A DNA stretch of 64,000 nt from Octopus sinensis (GCF_006345805.1 NC_043005.1:64976001-65040000), one strand, 5' to 3'. Positions 30,242-43,144 are shown, counted from the stretch's first letter. Numbers and translations: made by a program. Notes: a model not told the origin generated them from the sequence alone.

Positions 30242-30307
30242 TACCACAAAGAGTGTGTTCTCTGGCTTTTGCTGGTTTTCTTTCTTGGGAACACACTCTT
30301 TGTGGTA
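30242..30307. other. Perfect 19-bp inverted repeat with a 28-nt loop
   Basis: Arms taccacaaagagtgtgttc (30242-30260) and gaacacactctttgtggta (30289-30307). Confidence 0.9.
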
Positions 30308-30372
30308 GGCGATTTGATGCTTATCTCTAGCGTATAGGAATCCACTTTAGTGGTCATTCCTCTTATTAATTG

Positions 30373-30410
<38 letters not shown>

Positions 30411-30502
30411 TATATATATATATATAGATATATATATATATTATATATATATTGTATATATATATATATGTATATATATATAATATTATATATATATATA
30501 TA

Positions 30503-30570
<68 letters not shown>

Positions 30571-30699
30571 TATATAGTTGAATGTATTTGTGCGTGTGTA
30601 TAGTATAGGTTAGTTAAAAACATGTTTTCAATAATAGGTGTTGCGTGGTGGAAATAAACGCAATTACCAAACTTTCATTCATAAATCCATTTATTATTT

Positions 30700-31746
30700 C
30701 GTTCCTTTGCATTTCAATTTGTACATTTCTATCCAGAAATTTTCAACAACTGCACGCCAGAAGAAATGGAAAAAAATATCCCAGAATTAAACTTAGCCCA
30801 AGTGATGCAAATATTCCATTCACACTAAACAGACTTCAGTTTCCACTTCGACTTGTATATTCAATGACAATAAGATTCAAGGGCAAACATTTGAAAAAGT
30901 TGGAATACATTTGCCTCAACCGGTATTTACTCATGGCCAATTATATGTTGTAATTTCAAGAGCACAGCTACGAACAATGACACTCAATTCCAGTAAGTCC
31001 TTCCCCCTTCTTCCCCTTCCTAGGACTTTTCCAGGAAGGCCTTTCTACCCCTCCTCGGGCTTTTCCAGGAATTCTTTCCTCCTCTTCCTCCCCATCCTCA
31101 GACTTTTGCAGGAAGTCCCCTCCGCGGAATTTTCCGGTAAGTCCTTCCTCCCACTCCTCCCTTTCTTCCTCTCCTCGGACGTTTCCAGAAAGTCCTTCAT
31201 CCCCATCTTCGCACTTTTTCAGGAAGTCCTTCATCCCTCTCCTCGAACATGTCTAAGAAGTCCTTCCATCCCTCCTCCCCTTACTATACCCCCACGGACT
31301 TTTCCACGAAGTCCCACTCACCCTTCCTCTAAATTTTCAAGAAGTCCTTCCTCTCCATCCTTCCCTTCCTCCTCTTCGGACTTTTGCAAGAAGTCCTTTC
31401 TCCCCCTCCTCGGACTTTCCAGGAAGTCCCTCCTCGCCCTCCTCGGACTTTCTAGGAAGTCCTTCCTCCCCTCCTTGGAATTCTCCAGGAACTCCTGCTT
31501 ACTTTCAAAATATTTTCTTTCTCAAATTACTCAAAATCTTTTTGTTGTTTATAAATGGGAGAGAGATAGAGAGTAAGAGAAAGCGAGGGCGAGACCGAGA
31601 GAAAGGAAGAGTAAGAGAGTGGGAAAGTAAGAGAGAAAGGAGAGAGAAACAAAGAGGGAGAATGTGTTGATAAAAAACAGAAAGGAAGCAACAGAAAGTA
31701 ACAACCACACTCTTACCCGCGCGTAGAGCGGGTCACCTTAAGCTAG
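30700..31746 (+). mobile_element. Helitron 3' fragment (PIF1 helicase C-terminus, minisatellite and terminus)
   Basis: PRIKLSPSDANIPFTLNRLQFPLRLVYSMTI/KIQGQTFEKVGIHLPQPVFTHGQLYVVISRA; hairpin acccgcgcgtagagcgggt followed by CTAG|T at 31743-31746. Confidence 0.88.
30990..31497. repeat. Degenerate minisatellite, ~14 units with palindromic core GGACTT(T)TCCAGGAAGTCC
   Basis: Directly visible; C/T-rich linkers of variable length. Confidence 0.85.
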
Positions 31747-31789
31747 TTTTATTATAAATGTAAAATAACACCAAGGAGGAATCGACATA

Positions 31790-31859
31790 AGCTTAAATGA
31801 TAAACCGCGATAGGTGAACCGCGAGAGATGAACCGCGATATGGCAAGGGATTACTGTAC
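31790..31859 (-). mobile_element. Probable Tigger/pogo-type terminal fragment
   Basis: Repeated gaaccgcga motifs ending gggattactgta; only one end was found. Confidence 0.4.
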
Positions 31860-33420
31860 ACCGAAATCTTCTTTGCCGTTCATTCTTCCGGATTCACTGG
31901 AATAAAGTACGAACCTACATAACATTATTCAGCTAGTAAATGTAGTACCTTTTTTGCTACCTGGTGTCGACATAATTCCCCTGCATTTTCACCTATTTCA
32001 AACGAACCTGCGTTCTGTTCTGAAGGAATTTTTTCATCCAGCCGAGAAAATAATGAGACGATAAAACTACCAGAATAAAAAAAATTCACTTAGAGCAACA
32101 GCGCAACTTCAATTTGGTTACTATACTACTTTGTTGCTACCACATCACCCTAAACGGAATAACAATTGATAACAGTGTTATTAATATTAAAATGATCTAC
32201 AATAACACTAACAGCAACAACAAATATATGAAACGCCTACCGAAAAATCACATTTGTTCGCAATTTTTACAAAAGCAAATGAATCTATCATTTACCCAAT
32301 CTCATATGTGTCAAAGCTTAACGATGACTGCATACCATAGAATGCTTTTATGCTGGTTGCATAGATTTGTTTTATGTCTTTTAAACTGTTTTCAATTTTG
32401 GTATTAAGCTATATCTAAGCAGTTGACTTAGTTATAATGTTGGCATGAGTAATTTTCTCATTAAAATAAATCGAATAAATGAAATACATGCATGAAATTA
32501 AAATAATCACTTATTTCTAACATTTTAAATCTATCGTTTTTCTTTTTATACCATTAAGTAAAGCCAAACAAATCATTACGGCTGAAAACACCTGTTAATG
32601 ATATCCTAAGATAAAATTTGGCAAAACAAACCTCGAAACCATTTTGATAATATCCGGTGTGGTTTAACTATAATCTGCTATCCCGATAAAAATGTAAAAG
32701 ACCTGTTAGATGTGACATCTTTTATAGTTTCTTTGCTTTTTTGTAATGGATAGTATCACTCAAACATACTGGACTATTCTGTTTTTCCTGTTTATTTTAC
32801 TATTTCTGTGTTTCAGTATTGGATAATGCAATTATAGGTTTGTTTCAGTAATGTGTTTTAAAGATTTGTTTATCTATTTTTCTCAGTGAAATGAGAATAG
32901 ATTTTAAAATTTTTCACTGAACATTTTGACCCGTTAGCGTCCATATAATTCTTTGGTATTAACACGAGAGCTTACATGGCTCAAGAGTAAAAAGCAAAAA
33001 GTATTACTCCGTGATACTTTTAGCAAGTATTTCCTACGTGTTCACTGATGCATGTCATCAAAGGATGTAAGCAACAGCTAGAAAACCAGATATTGGTACT
33101 TTGCGAACGATAACCCTTGCCATGTTCTATATTGTGTTAAGTGCATTAACTTGTTTCTCTTCCCCATCTCTATCTCTCTGTCTCTCTCCCTTCTGCTCCT
33201 CCTTTCTCTCTCTCTTTTCCTTCCATTTATTTCTATTTCTCTGCATTAGAAATATGGTAATCAGTAATTGGTCCGTTGAAGACCTATACATTTATATACA
33301 TATATAAATTTTCTATAATTATATACATAATTATAATCAGGGGTCAGCTAAGTGCCTTGCCACGTGCTGAATAAGAGATAGACGCTGTCATTTCAATTAC
33401 TCTCGCTCGCTCTCTCTCTC

Positions 33421-33477
<57 letters not shown>

Positions 33478-33479
33478 TT

Positions 33480-33695
33480 TGTGTGTCTTTGTGTCTGTGT
33501 TTGCGCATTCCCCACTTGACAACCAGTAGGTTCCCGTAACCTAGCGGTTCGGCAAAAGATATCGATATGATAAGTTCTAGGACTAAAAAGAAATAAGTCC
33601 TGTGATCGATTTGTTCCACGAAATCTCTTCAAGGCGGTGCCCCGGCATGGCCGCAGTCAAATGACTGAAAGAAGTAAAAGATCAAAGATCAAAGA
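33480..33695 (+). mobile_element. SINE family A 3' half
   Basis: Contains taacctagcggttcggcaaaag...catggccgcagtcaaatgactgaaa. Confidence 0.8.
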
Positions 33696-33904
33696 TGCAA
33701 GAAATTAAAGTGTATAATATAATTATGCATACATTAGTATACAATTTATTTTGAAATAGTATATTATCTAAAAGAAATTAAAGTTTAGCGGCAAGCGTAA
33801 TGTATTTTAAATAATTTTACGCATCAATATCGACTTTTATATTGCTTTAACTCTTTTATTTAAAAAGATTTTGAATTGTTATATTAGTTGCCCTCCCTGG
33901 TTAT

Positions 33905-34100
33905 AAATGGTTTCAACTTTTAGCACAGGCCAGAAAATTTGGGAATGAGCGTAAGTCGAATATATAGACCCCAGTGTTTAATTTGTACTTACCTTATCGA
34001 CCTCAAAATTATGAAACGCAAAATCGACGCCCGTGGAATTTGAACTCAGAACGTAAAGACAGGCAAAATGCTTCTGAGTATTTCGCCCGGTGTGTGAACT
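33905..34100 (-). mobile_element. SINE family B, diverged
   Basis: Reverse complement of the head and core. Confidence 0.75.
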
Positions 34101-34151
34101 ATTCTACCAGTTCACCGACTTAGTTCGTTGTTATAATATTAACGTTGATAT

Positions 34152-34372
34152 AAGGTGGCAAGTTGGAAGAATCGCTAATACACCGGGTGAAATGCATAGC
34201 AGCATTTCGTCCGTCTTTACGTTCTGAGTTCAAATTCCGCTGGGGTTGACTTTGCCTTTCATCCTTTCGGGGTCGATAAAATAAGTACCAGTTTAACACC
34301 GGGGCAGGTGTAACCGACTTATTCTCTTCCCTGAACTTACTGGCCTTGTACCAAAATTTGAAACCAATACTA
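34152..34372 (+). mobile_element. SINE family B
   Basis: Head aggtggcaagttggaagaatcg, core, and 3' ccaaaatttgaaaccaat. Confidence 0.8.
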
Positions 34373-34386
34373 AGCTTGATATATTC

Positions 34387-35611
34387 TACGAGGAGAAGTC
34401 AAAAATTGTCTGTACTTTGCTGTAACATATCCATATTATTGTCACACTGCCTCCTGCGCAAGCATGCTTATAGTTGGTACTATTGTGGTCACGTGATCGA
34501 AGTTTGAGCTTGATCGCGCCATTTGTTTTTTCTGGCTTTATAGCGTAAACATAGCCGCTCCACTAGCAATGTGCACTACAGAAGAACAAAGGGCAATGAT
34601 CCGATTCCTCTGGTCAAAAGGTATGTCGAGTGCTGAAATTCATCGGAGGCTTTTAGCAGAATACGTAGACGCCTGTCAACCTCCACCACTGACGAGAAAA
34701 TCCAGCAAGCTCGAGAGATGGTTATAGTGAACCGGTGAGTTATCGTCGATAAGGTAACTCGGTCTCTGCAGATTAGTCATGGTTCTTATCACATCATCCA
34801 CAATGCGCTCGGCTTCCATAAAGTCTGTGCAAGATGGGTATCAAGAGAGCTTAATGCAGAGCACAAGCGCAAATGTCTCGAGGTCTGCCAACGTTATTCA
34901 CTCGATCGCTACAACAATGAGAGCGAGGAAACTTTGAACGGAATAATCTCAGGAGATGAATCGTGGGTCCATCATTATGAGGTAGAATCCAGAAAACAGA
35001 GTATGGAAACATCCTGGCTCGCCTGCGACAAAAAATTCAAGACTCAGTCTTCCGCGGAAAAGGTTATGTTAACCCTGTTTTGGGACTCAAAAGGGCTTAT
35101 ACTAGAAGACTACCTGGAAAAGGGGTGTACAATCAACAATGCAAAATATGGTGCTTTGCTGGGCTGGCCAATAAACTGAAACCAGTAGTTCGCACCAAAC
35201 GCCGAAGCCTATTGTCGAAGAAAGTTTTGTTGTTGCATGACAATGTACGCCCACACACGGCCGCCCAGACCATTGAAACCATTAACCAACTGGGTTTTGA
35301 GTTGCTAGAACACCCTACCTACAGCCCAGATCGATCTCGCCCCTTCTGATATCATATCTTTGAGACGCTCAAAGATGGTTTACAAAGTCGTTGGTTTCCT
35401 ATAGATGAAAATGTGAAGAAAGAGGTGCTTAAATAGTTGCACGACCAACAGAAAACCTTCTGGGAGGGAATTCGTAAGCTTGTGGACCACTGGACCGAGG
35501 GCACCGAAAAGGAAGGAAACTATATAAAAAATGACGTACCTGTTTATCCTCTGCTTTTGTGTAAATACGTTGAAAAACAAGAGTGCGTGTAATTTTTGAC
35601 ACTCCCTTGTA
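34387..35611 (+). mobile_element. Decayed mariner (DD34D-type) transposon with degenerate TIRs
   Basis: TA-flanked TIRs (cgaggagaagtcaaaaatt / aatttttgacactcccttg); motifs ISGDESWVHHY, VMLTLFWDSKG, LLHDNVRPH and HPTYSPD; stops and frameshifts throughout. Confidence 0.9.
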
Positions 35612-35984
35612 TATTAATCTTTTGCTTAAGTTATGCAAAATAACCGTTAAACAGTAACATTATTCCTTTTTATTTCACAATAAGAAAATCATCTCTATGT
35701 ATGAAGTAGATATTAAACACTATTTTCTCAAATATATCATTGCAGCAAATAATTTCTCAAATAAATTGATTTAACATATCAGAGTGTTTGTAAAGAACTT
35801 TTCATTAGCACATATCTACCATTATTGGGTTTTGTAAGTTTTGTAAGTTTCTCGCGATGTGTGTATGTGCACATGTGAACTTAATGTTGTATAACTACAG
35901 TGTGTCCCGACTTATAATTCTTGTGTAACTACACATAATTCTGTTTTACATTTAAATGAATTTCTATTGCAAATTTGCATTATA

Positions 35985-36394
35985 GGCGCAGGAGTGGCTG
36001 TGTGGTAAGTATCTTGCTTACCAAACCACATGGTTCCGGGTTCAGTCCCACTGCGTGGCACCTTGGGCAGTGTCTCCTGCTATAGTCTCGGGCCGACCAA
36101 AGCCTTGTGAGTGGATTTGGTAGACGGAAACTGAAAGAAGTCCGTCATATATATGTATATATAAGTGTATGTGTGTGTGTGTGTTTGTGTGTCTGTGTTT
36201 GTTCCCCCAACATCGCTTGACAACCGATGCTGGTGTGTTTACATCCTCGTAACTTAGCGGTTCGGCAAAAGAGACCGATGGAATAAGTACTAGGCTTACA
36301 AAGAATAAGTCCTGGGGTCGATTTGATCGACTAAAGGCGATGCTCCAGCATGGCCGCAGTCAAATGACTGAAACAAGTAAAAGAGATAAAAGAG
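35985..36394 (+). mobile_element. SINE family A, full length
   Basis: Canonical head ggcgcaggagtggctgtgtggtaag through to the tail. Confidence 0.93.
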
Positions 36395-36654
36395 AAGAGA
36401 TATGTTTCAAAGTTTATTTTTGTTTTCGAAATTAGAATAATTCTGCTTGCGGTACATCTGTGTAAAGATTAACATACATTTGACTTTCAATATATGAAAG
36501 CCGTGAGCAATCATATATAACACAAAATACAGCAAATGTTAACAGTACAAATCACTTCCGGCTTTTCTTTATTCTTTTTTACGGATTCGAGCAAATGAAC
36601 TTAGTTTCCTTCTAATGATCAAAATTATCATAAACTGTTATTCTCACTCTTTTT

Positions 36655-36737
36655 TTACTCTTTACACTTTTACTTGTTTCAGTCATGTGACTGTGGACAT
36701 GCTGGAGCACCGCATTTAGTCGAGCAAATCGACCCCA
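36655..36737 (-). mobile_element. SINE family A 3' fragment
   Basis: Contains cttgtttcagtcatgtgactgtggacatgctggagcaccgc. Confidence 0.8.
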
Positions 36738-36779
36738 ACACAAGGTTATTTTACTTCCTCTGCACAGTGAACTGATTCC

Positions 36780-37207
36780 GGATCTTTTCGGTTTGAACGG
36801 CAGTTTTTGAAAATAATTTCCACGTAACTAAACACTTTTAAACTTCGTACACTGGTAGAATGTGTTTATAAAACATCTTTATCTCTCGGCTTTATTGAGA
36901 AAATTCTATAGTTTGTAAGATATTTGTTGTTTTTTTCTTCAATTTCTGCAATTTCAGCCAATCAATGACGTCTATTGAGGTGAAAACATTCTGTACCGTA
37001 TGAATATGTCCCTCGTTTAAGAAGCAGATTGGGTTTATTTACATTTCTGCAGAAAAAAAGATACCCTTCCCCCCACCCCTAACCCTAATCCTAACCCTAA
37101 CTCTAAAACAGATTGAAATGCAATAGATCGATACTAGGGTCATAATTATGGGTGATAATATCATATGACACCGCTAGAAAAAACTGCCGTTCAAACCGAA
37201 AAGATCC
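36780..37207. mobile_element. 428-bp MITE with perfect 29-bp TIRs and 8-bp TSD (Merlin-like; hAT or P not excluded)
   Basis: TIR ggatcttttcggtttgaacggcagttttt; TSD ctgattcc at 36772-36779 and 37208-37215. Confidence 0.92.
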
Positions 37208-38473
37208 CTGATTCCATTTATCTGACTTCAAATCCGCGAACACCTCGGTATTTTCAGCAATTTTCAGCGAAACATTTGGTGTAACAGTTTACAGTTTTTA
37301 GATTAAAATAGTCTTTATGGGAAAACTAGGACGTTCATTCCGTTTTATGGAGAAACGAAACATACTACAAATGAGAAACGAAGCAGTTTGAGAGATTTTA
37401 AAATCTTCGATAAATTGTCATATCTAAAATTTTTCAAAATAATGTAAAAATAAAAATAGGAACTCACTTTTGTCTATATAACCCAATCGTTAATGGTGCA
37501 AAGTGTCTCCAGTATTATTGGAGTATAGTCATCTTATCTATTTCAGGTGACAGGTAATAAAAAATGTGAGTATTTATTTTCCAAAGTTTCTTGTGATCTT
37601 TGCCTGCATCTTATCTGTTACAACTGAGTAGTGCAAGAGGTTATATTTGCTCTTTACTCTGTTAAACTACATCTCGTCTACTGGATGAAATATCTGTTGA
37701 TAGTGAATTTTGCCAAACGATTTTATTTGTGCTCACCAGTGCAAATAGCAACCACTTTCGTACAGAAAAGATCTGTCCGTTCAAATAACATTTCAATAAA
37801 TACAATAAATTATTGAAAGTCGGATGTCATGACAAGAGAAACATCAGAGCCAATGATGCGATAAGATCAGTTGTCTATTTAGCCGAAAGGATATACAAAT
37901 GGTTTGAGCAGATACAAATGTGGGGATAAAAATGTGTTGCTGTGTGTAGTGTTCAACACTGCTAGAATTAAATAAAATACGAATTGTAAAAATGATTTTG
38001 ACTCTTTTAAAAGAGTAAGCGTATTTTATTCTGTAAACGGTTATATAGCCATATTTAGTATCCAGAGGAATGGGAAGTAACCACTACGCATGTATGTGCG
38101 CGCACACACACACACATATACGCACACACAACACACACTCACACACGTAAGACATAAACATCACACGTATATAATTAGGATTAGTGTGCTGAGGTCTACA
38201 AAAAGATTAGCTGAACTTGATATTACTATTAGCTAGAGTCAGGGTTACATTAACAAATAGTTGGGTATTACTTCAAGGATTCGCTAAATGTGTCTTTCAA
38301 ATTCTCTCTCTCTCTTTGACATACATACATACGCACGCACGCGCGCACACACATACATACATACACAAACGCACACACATACATACACACACACATTCAT
38401 GTACATGATGTTCCAGAAAGATGTGTACACGCTGTAATAGCTGACAACTCACTTATATATATACACACACACA

Positions 38474-39900
38474 CAGGGTGTATCCCCAAAAGGTATACAC
38501 ACATTGAAAGATTATAAAGTCAGTGCATATTGAAATGCATTTCGTTATCAAAATTGAATAGAATCTTCAAACAACTTAATTTTTTTATGCACACATGTTC
38601 ATTAATTCCCGTTAGCAGTAATGCTTGGACAATGTTCTGGTTCAGGCACTGCTGGTAACGTGAAGTAATGGTTCTTACATTACTATGGTATCGGGAGGGG
38701 TGTCCCATCTTGCTGGAAATAAACTTCACATCTTCGAGGCCCTCTTGAATACATGGAGTGGTAGATTATTACAGCAAGTTCAAGTAAATGGGACCAGTTA
38801 CAATACCGTAAAAAATCGAAAGGTCCAATTAAATCTTTTTGATGATAAATCGCACCATACAATGATACTTGATAAATTAATAAGATGTTCCTCCTTAATA
38901 ACTGGATTCTCAGGTTCCCAGCAGGTGCATTTTGGGCTTAAATGTAACCTAATCACTCCAAAAATTCTTTGTTGGAAAGTGTGCATCTTCAACACATCAT
39001 GCCAAGCGCCATTCCTCGGTCTGGTTCATCTTTATTGAGAGCATGGATTATATTGGGTTGTCCGGAAAGTTCGTGCCAATTTATAGTAGCTTACCTTTCG
39101 ACTTATTTTAAAACATGGTGGAGTCCATAAAATAGGATTTGACAACACCTCCATTTAGAGCACAGTTTAAGCTATCTTTTCGTGGAAGGAGGTTTATGTT
39201 CCTATAACCTGTGTTAATATTGTAACCCTTTAAAGTGGGAGATAAGAAAGTTCATTTTCGGCACTTGATGCTTTGGGAACCAGACAAAAATTGCTGCAGC
39301 TCGGCTGGGATGTGTTACCCCACCCTCCATATTCACCAGATATTGCTCCTTCGGATTTCCACTTATTCAGGTCTCTGCAGAATAGTCTTAATGGTAAAAA
39401 TTTCAATTCCTCCGATGATGTAAAAATATACCTTGATGAATTCTTCGCCATGAAACACCTCAATTCTGGGAAGAGGGTACTTTCAAGTTAAAGGAATGAT
39501 GGCGACGCATTGTGCAACAGAATGGATCATATTTGGTTGATTAAAAGTGTAATGGGAAGTATTTATTGACTTTTTTCTTTCCTTTAAAAATCGGCACGAA
39601 ATTTCCGGACAACCCAAAACATGGACTATAATTTTTCCAATGACAGCTCTTCAAACTGTGGTGGGCGCTTGCTTTTGAAATTCCTTTCTCACGACTCGCC
39701 TACTATACAGATTTTATTTAACTCAAGCAATATTTTTCTACTACCTTTTTATGAGGCCCGTCGATGTTCTTAGTTATCTGGAACATTTCTTGTGGACACT
39801 GAACAATTTCATCTTCTTCAAATTGAAACTCCATTTTAAACTGCCTTTTTCACTTCGATTGCGTTTTCAAACTTCTAGCAGTGCCTCAGGTTAACTTTCC
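38474..39900 (-). mobile_element. Decayed Tc1/mariner of the DD37D/DD41D type, split by a mariner MITE
   Basis: Minus-strand remnants FWSD(E)VTFK, CWEPENP...IIVWCDLSSKR and YFQQDGTP; terminal cagggtgtatcccc at 38474. Confidence 0.7.
39051..39617 (+). mobile_element. Internally deleted mariner (MITE-like), copy 2
   Basis: Same TIRs and same internal deletion junction as 24371-24942. Confidence 0.92.
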
Positions 39901-40040
39901 TCTGTTGAAAGCTTAATCTGGCTCCCTTCATCATTTGTAATCAGTTAAATCGAAAAGGAAAGGACAGTCTTGGGTTCGGCCCCGGCCCGATCGAAGCCTT
40001 CTTAGTGAATTTAGCTGACGAAAACTGAAAGAAGACCGTT

Positions 40041-40072
<32 letters not shown>

Positions 40073-40255
40073 CGGTCCAAGACAACGTGGTCGGGAACCT
40101 AGCTTCTTAACCACGCAGTCACGCCTGTGCCTATAAGAAAATATGCGTTTTCATGCCGTGAATCGAACCTGAGTCGCCTGGAATCCGAAACACCAGACTA
40201 CACACACAAACATATATACTAGTATACATGAATGCACGTATAAATGTATGTGTGT

Positions 40256-40317
<62 letters not shown>

Positions 40318-40599
40318 AGGCACACATACGAACACACACACACACAAAGCTGTTTGTAACCACGGAAATATTATGAAAGACAAGATGAAATAAGTGCTTG
40401 GCGTTTCGAAAGTAAGCTCTCTATGATCTCCATGAGAAGAGATGAAATAAGAGGAAAGAAAAAAGGAAATGGAAAGAAAAACCGCCAAGACAGAATGTCC
40501 ACTGGTGTATAACATGTGAATGTCATTGGAAAAATACCGAAGCGAGAAAGAAAAGAAAGAAGGAAGCGCGGTAATGACGATAGCTATGGAGGTAGCGTG

Positions 40600-41660
40600 T
40601 CAGTGCATGGATGGATGTGGAAGTTGCTTTAGAAATGTTGTTTTGTTGCTACGTTGTGTATGCAATATGCTGTGTATTTCTTTTAAAATGGGAGAACTAA
40701 ATACGTGTGTGTGTGTGTAATGATTATTAATATGTCTTTTTTTATTGGTTTTTTGCCTGGTGGTGTGTTTTGAATGTCTGCGTGTGTACGCTTAGTACAG
40801 CTGAATGTATTAGTATTGCATTTGTATATGGTCTTATGTGTACGTGTATAACTGTATAGAAGTAGAATGTGTGTACGAATGCTACCTTTTCGTATGTGCG
40901 AATCTTATAGGTGTGTGTTGTTTTTGCATGCGTGAGTTACATATATCTATGTAAGTGTGTGTTTGTGGTTTTGGTGTTGTGTAATAAGGTGTTTGTATGT
41001 GAGTTTACCTCGATTTTCTGTAAGGCTTACGTAAAAGCGTTTTTATAAGTAAATATTGTCGTGCTGTTGAATTGCAGCAAATCTATATTTTCAAAGTTTG
41101 CGGCATGCACTTGTGAAGTTGAATATAATACACAAATTGGTGTATTGGCCTCATGCGTGCGTGCGTGCGTATGTGTATTATTTTGTAGTGTGTGGTGTCA
41201 CCTTGCTTTTGTCTCACAGTCTTTACAACGACTGTGTGCGTGTATGCGAGTATATACGTGAAAGTTAAATGTATGTTGTATGAATATGCATACTGCGTTT
41301 TCGTATATATTTGTGTATTATTGTTGTAGTTGTGTGAATACATTTGTGACTGAGTTGTATTGGTTGTAATGGGTGCGTGTTGTAACTATGTGTATTTGTA
41401 TGTGTGACTGTTGAAGATAGCTTTGTTTCAAAGTATGAATCCGTTTGTTGACTGCTGTGGAATGCCTGCATGTGTGTCTTTGCTGGCCTTTTTCAATATG
41501 TCTAGAACAGTGTTATGGCAAAATTTTAGAAACATTATATAGTCGTATTCAGGAAAGGTGTATAAGATTTTCATGTGCGTGTATTTAGGTGCAAGTGTTA
41601 GGTTGTTTTTCTTCTTTTTTGTATATTGCATGTGTGTGAATGTGTAAAGCTTCTGTTGAC
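40600..41660. repeat. TG-rich degenerate low-complexity region
   Basis: Directly visible compositional skew. Confidence 0.7.
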
Positions 41661-41823
41661 GAGTATACATCTAGACTGGAGCGACTCCTTTGTACCATAG
41701 TTGACCATCAAATTATACGTTTCAGGCGGTGCTCCATCATGGCCACAGTCAAATGACTGAAACAAGAAAAAGTACATGCATACATACATACGTATATAAA
41801 ACACACATAAACGTTGATATACA

Positions 41824-41890
<67 letters not shown>

Positions 41891-42239
41891 AGATAGGGGT
41901 TGAAAATTCAACCCACCATGGGATAAATATATCCAATATACTGCCAGATAGGTACCCAACAAGATTAATACATAGATGTTAAAAATTGTCAAAACAATCG
42001 TTCATCTATTGTATTATATGGGTAAAGGTAATAAATTACCGTAATTAATACTACAAAATTAGAGAATGGAGAAACATACTTAAATCAATAAAACATCAAC
42101 TATCCGATGATACCCAATCAATACTTTAATACACCATTACATATGAGTAAAGGCATTATACAGAATGAGATATACAGTAATAGTAAAAAGATAAAGAGAT
42201 ATAAGTAAAAAATTTTCAAATAAATATGCAATTAAATCA

Positions 42240-42360
42240 AAACTGACAGCTGTGTCGGCAGTGAGGGCAGTCATACCTCATTTAACCTATAAGCCATAAA
42301 GGCAAGGTATAAATGAGGCATAACAAGGATGCCCCACGGCCTCTTCAGAGAATTAAATTA
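42240..42360 (-). ncRNA. Type I hammerhead ribozyme-like motif, probably inactive (A14C)
   Basis: CTGAAGA (42348-42342), long stem II, GACA in place of GAAA (42256-42253), C-AGCT-GTC stem III. Confidence 0.7.
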
Positions 42361-43144
42361 AATTGTTATAATTGTGAAAAATATAATATAACCATATACA
42401 TATAAATATAAAAATAAAAAATTAAAATATAAAAAATATAAAAACTTATACATCATAATGCTACAATTATATAATATAATACTTATTGGTACAATAAAGG
42501 AAGGTAAACAGAACAAAATAAAACAAAATATATATCAGTGTATATACTAATATTAATAAGTACCGATATTATAATATTGGCTAATATTTTTTTAAAAAAA
42601 ACTAACACATAGGGAGATGAAAAATTAATAATTAAAACCATGGTTCAGTTCATAAATTCTAAAGCTATGAAAGTTAATACAAAAATTACTATTAATATTA
42701 ATAATAATAATAATAATAAAATAATAATAATAATAATAGATACAGTTAAGTTTGCACCAAGTCCATCCTTTCAAGATCGAAATAACTATGAGTTTAGAAA
42801 TGCTGATCACTAGTTAAAGAAATTTAGAATAATTCGATTGGCTTTGGTTTGAAATTAAATCACAAAAGAAAATTATACGGTTGGTTAGTCACGGAACGCC
42901 ATATTCACACACGCATCTACAGATCAACGCACATACACACATAGTTATATGTATATACATACACTTATCACATACATAATCACAAGCAACAATAGATAAA
43001 CAAAAAGGGAAGCAACTATGCTACCATTTAGTCCTTCAAAATTATAACTGTGCCTCAAATAACGATATTTTTATATTTTACAATTTTATATTTTTATATT
43101 TATATGTATATGGTTATATATATTTTTCACAATTATAACAAATT

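Noticed and set aside
30990-31497. CRISPR-like appearance (palindromic repeat with variable spacers)
   Set aside because: The repeats are degenerate, the linkers are low-complexity C/T variants of each other, there are no cas genes, and the array lies inside a eukaryotic Helitron.
30911-31576. 221-aa ORF as a novel protein
   Set aside because: The start is Helitron helicase and the rest is read-through of the minisatellite.
40140-40200. tRNA-like fragment on the minus strand (ggttcgattcacggc)
   Set aside because: Only a T-arm-like motif; a full cloverleaf cannot be folded. It is probably a SINE or tRNA relic.
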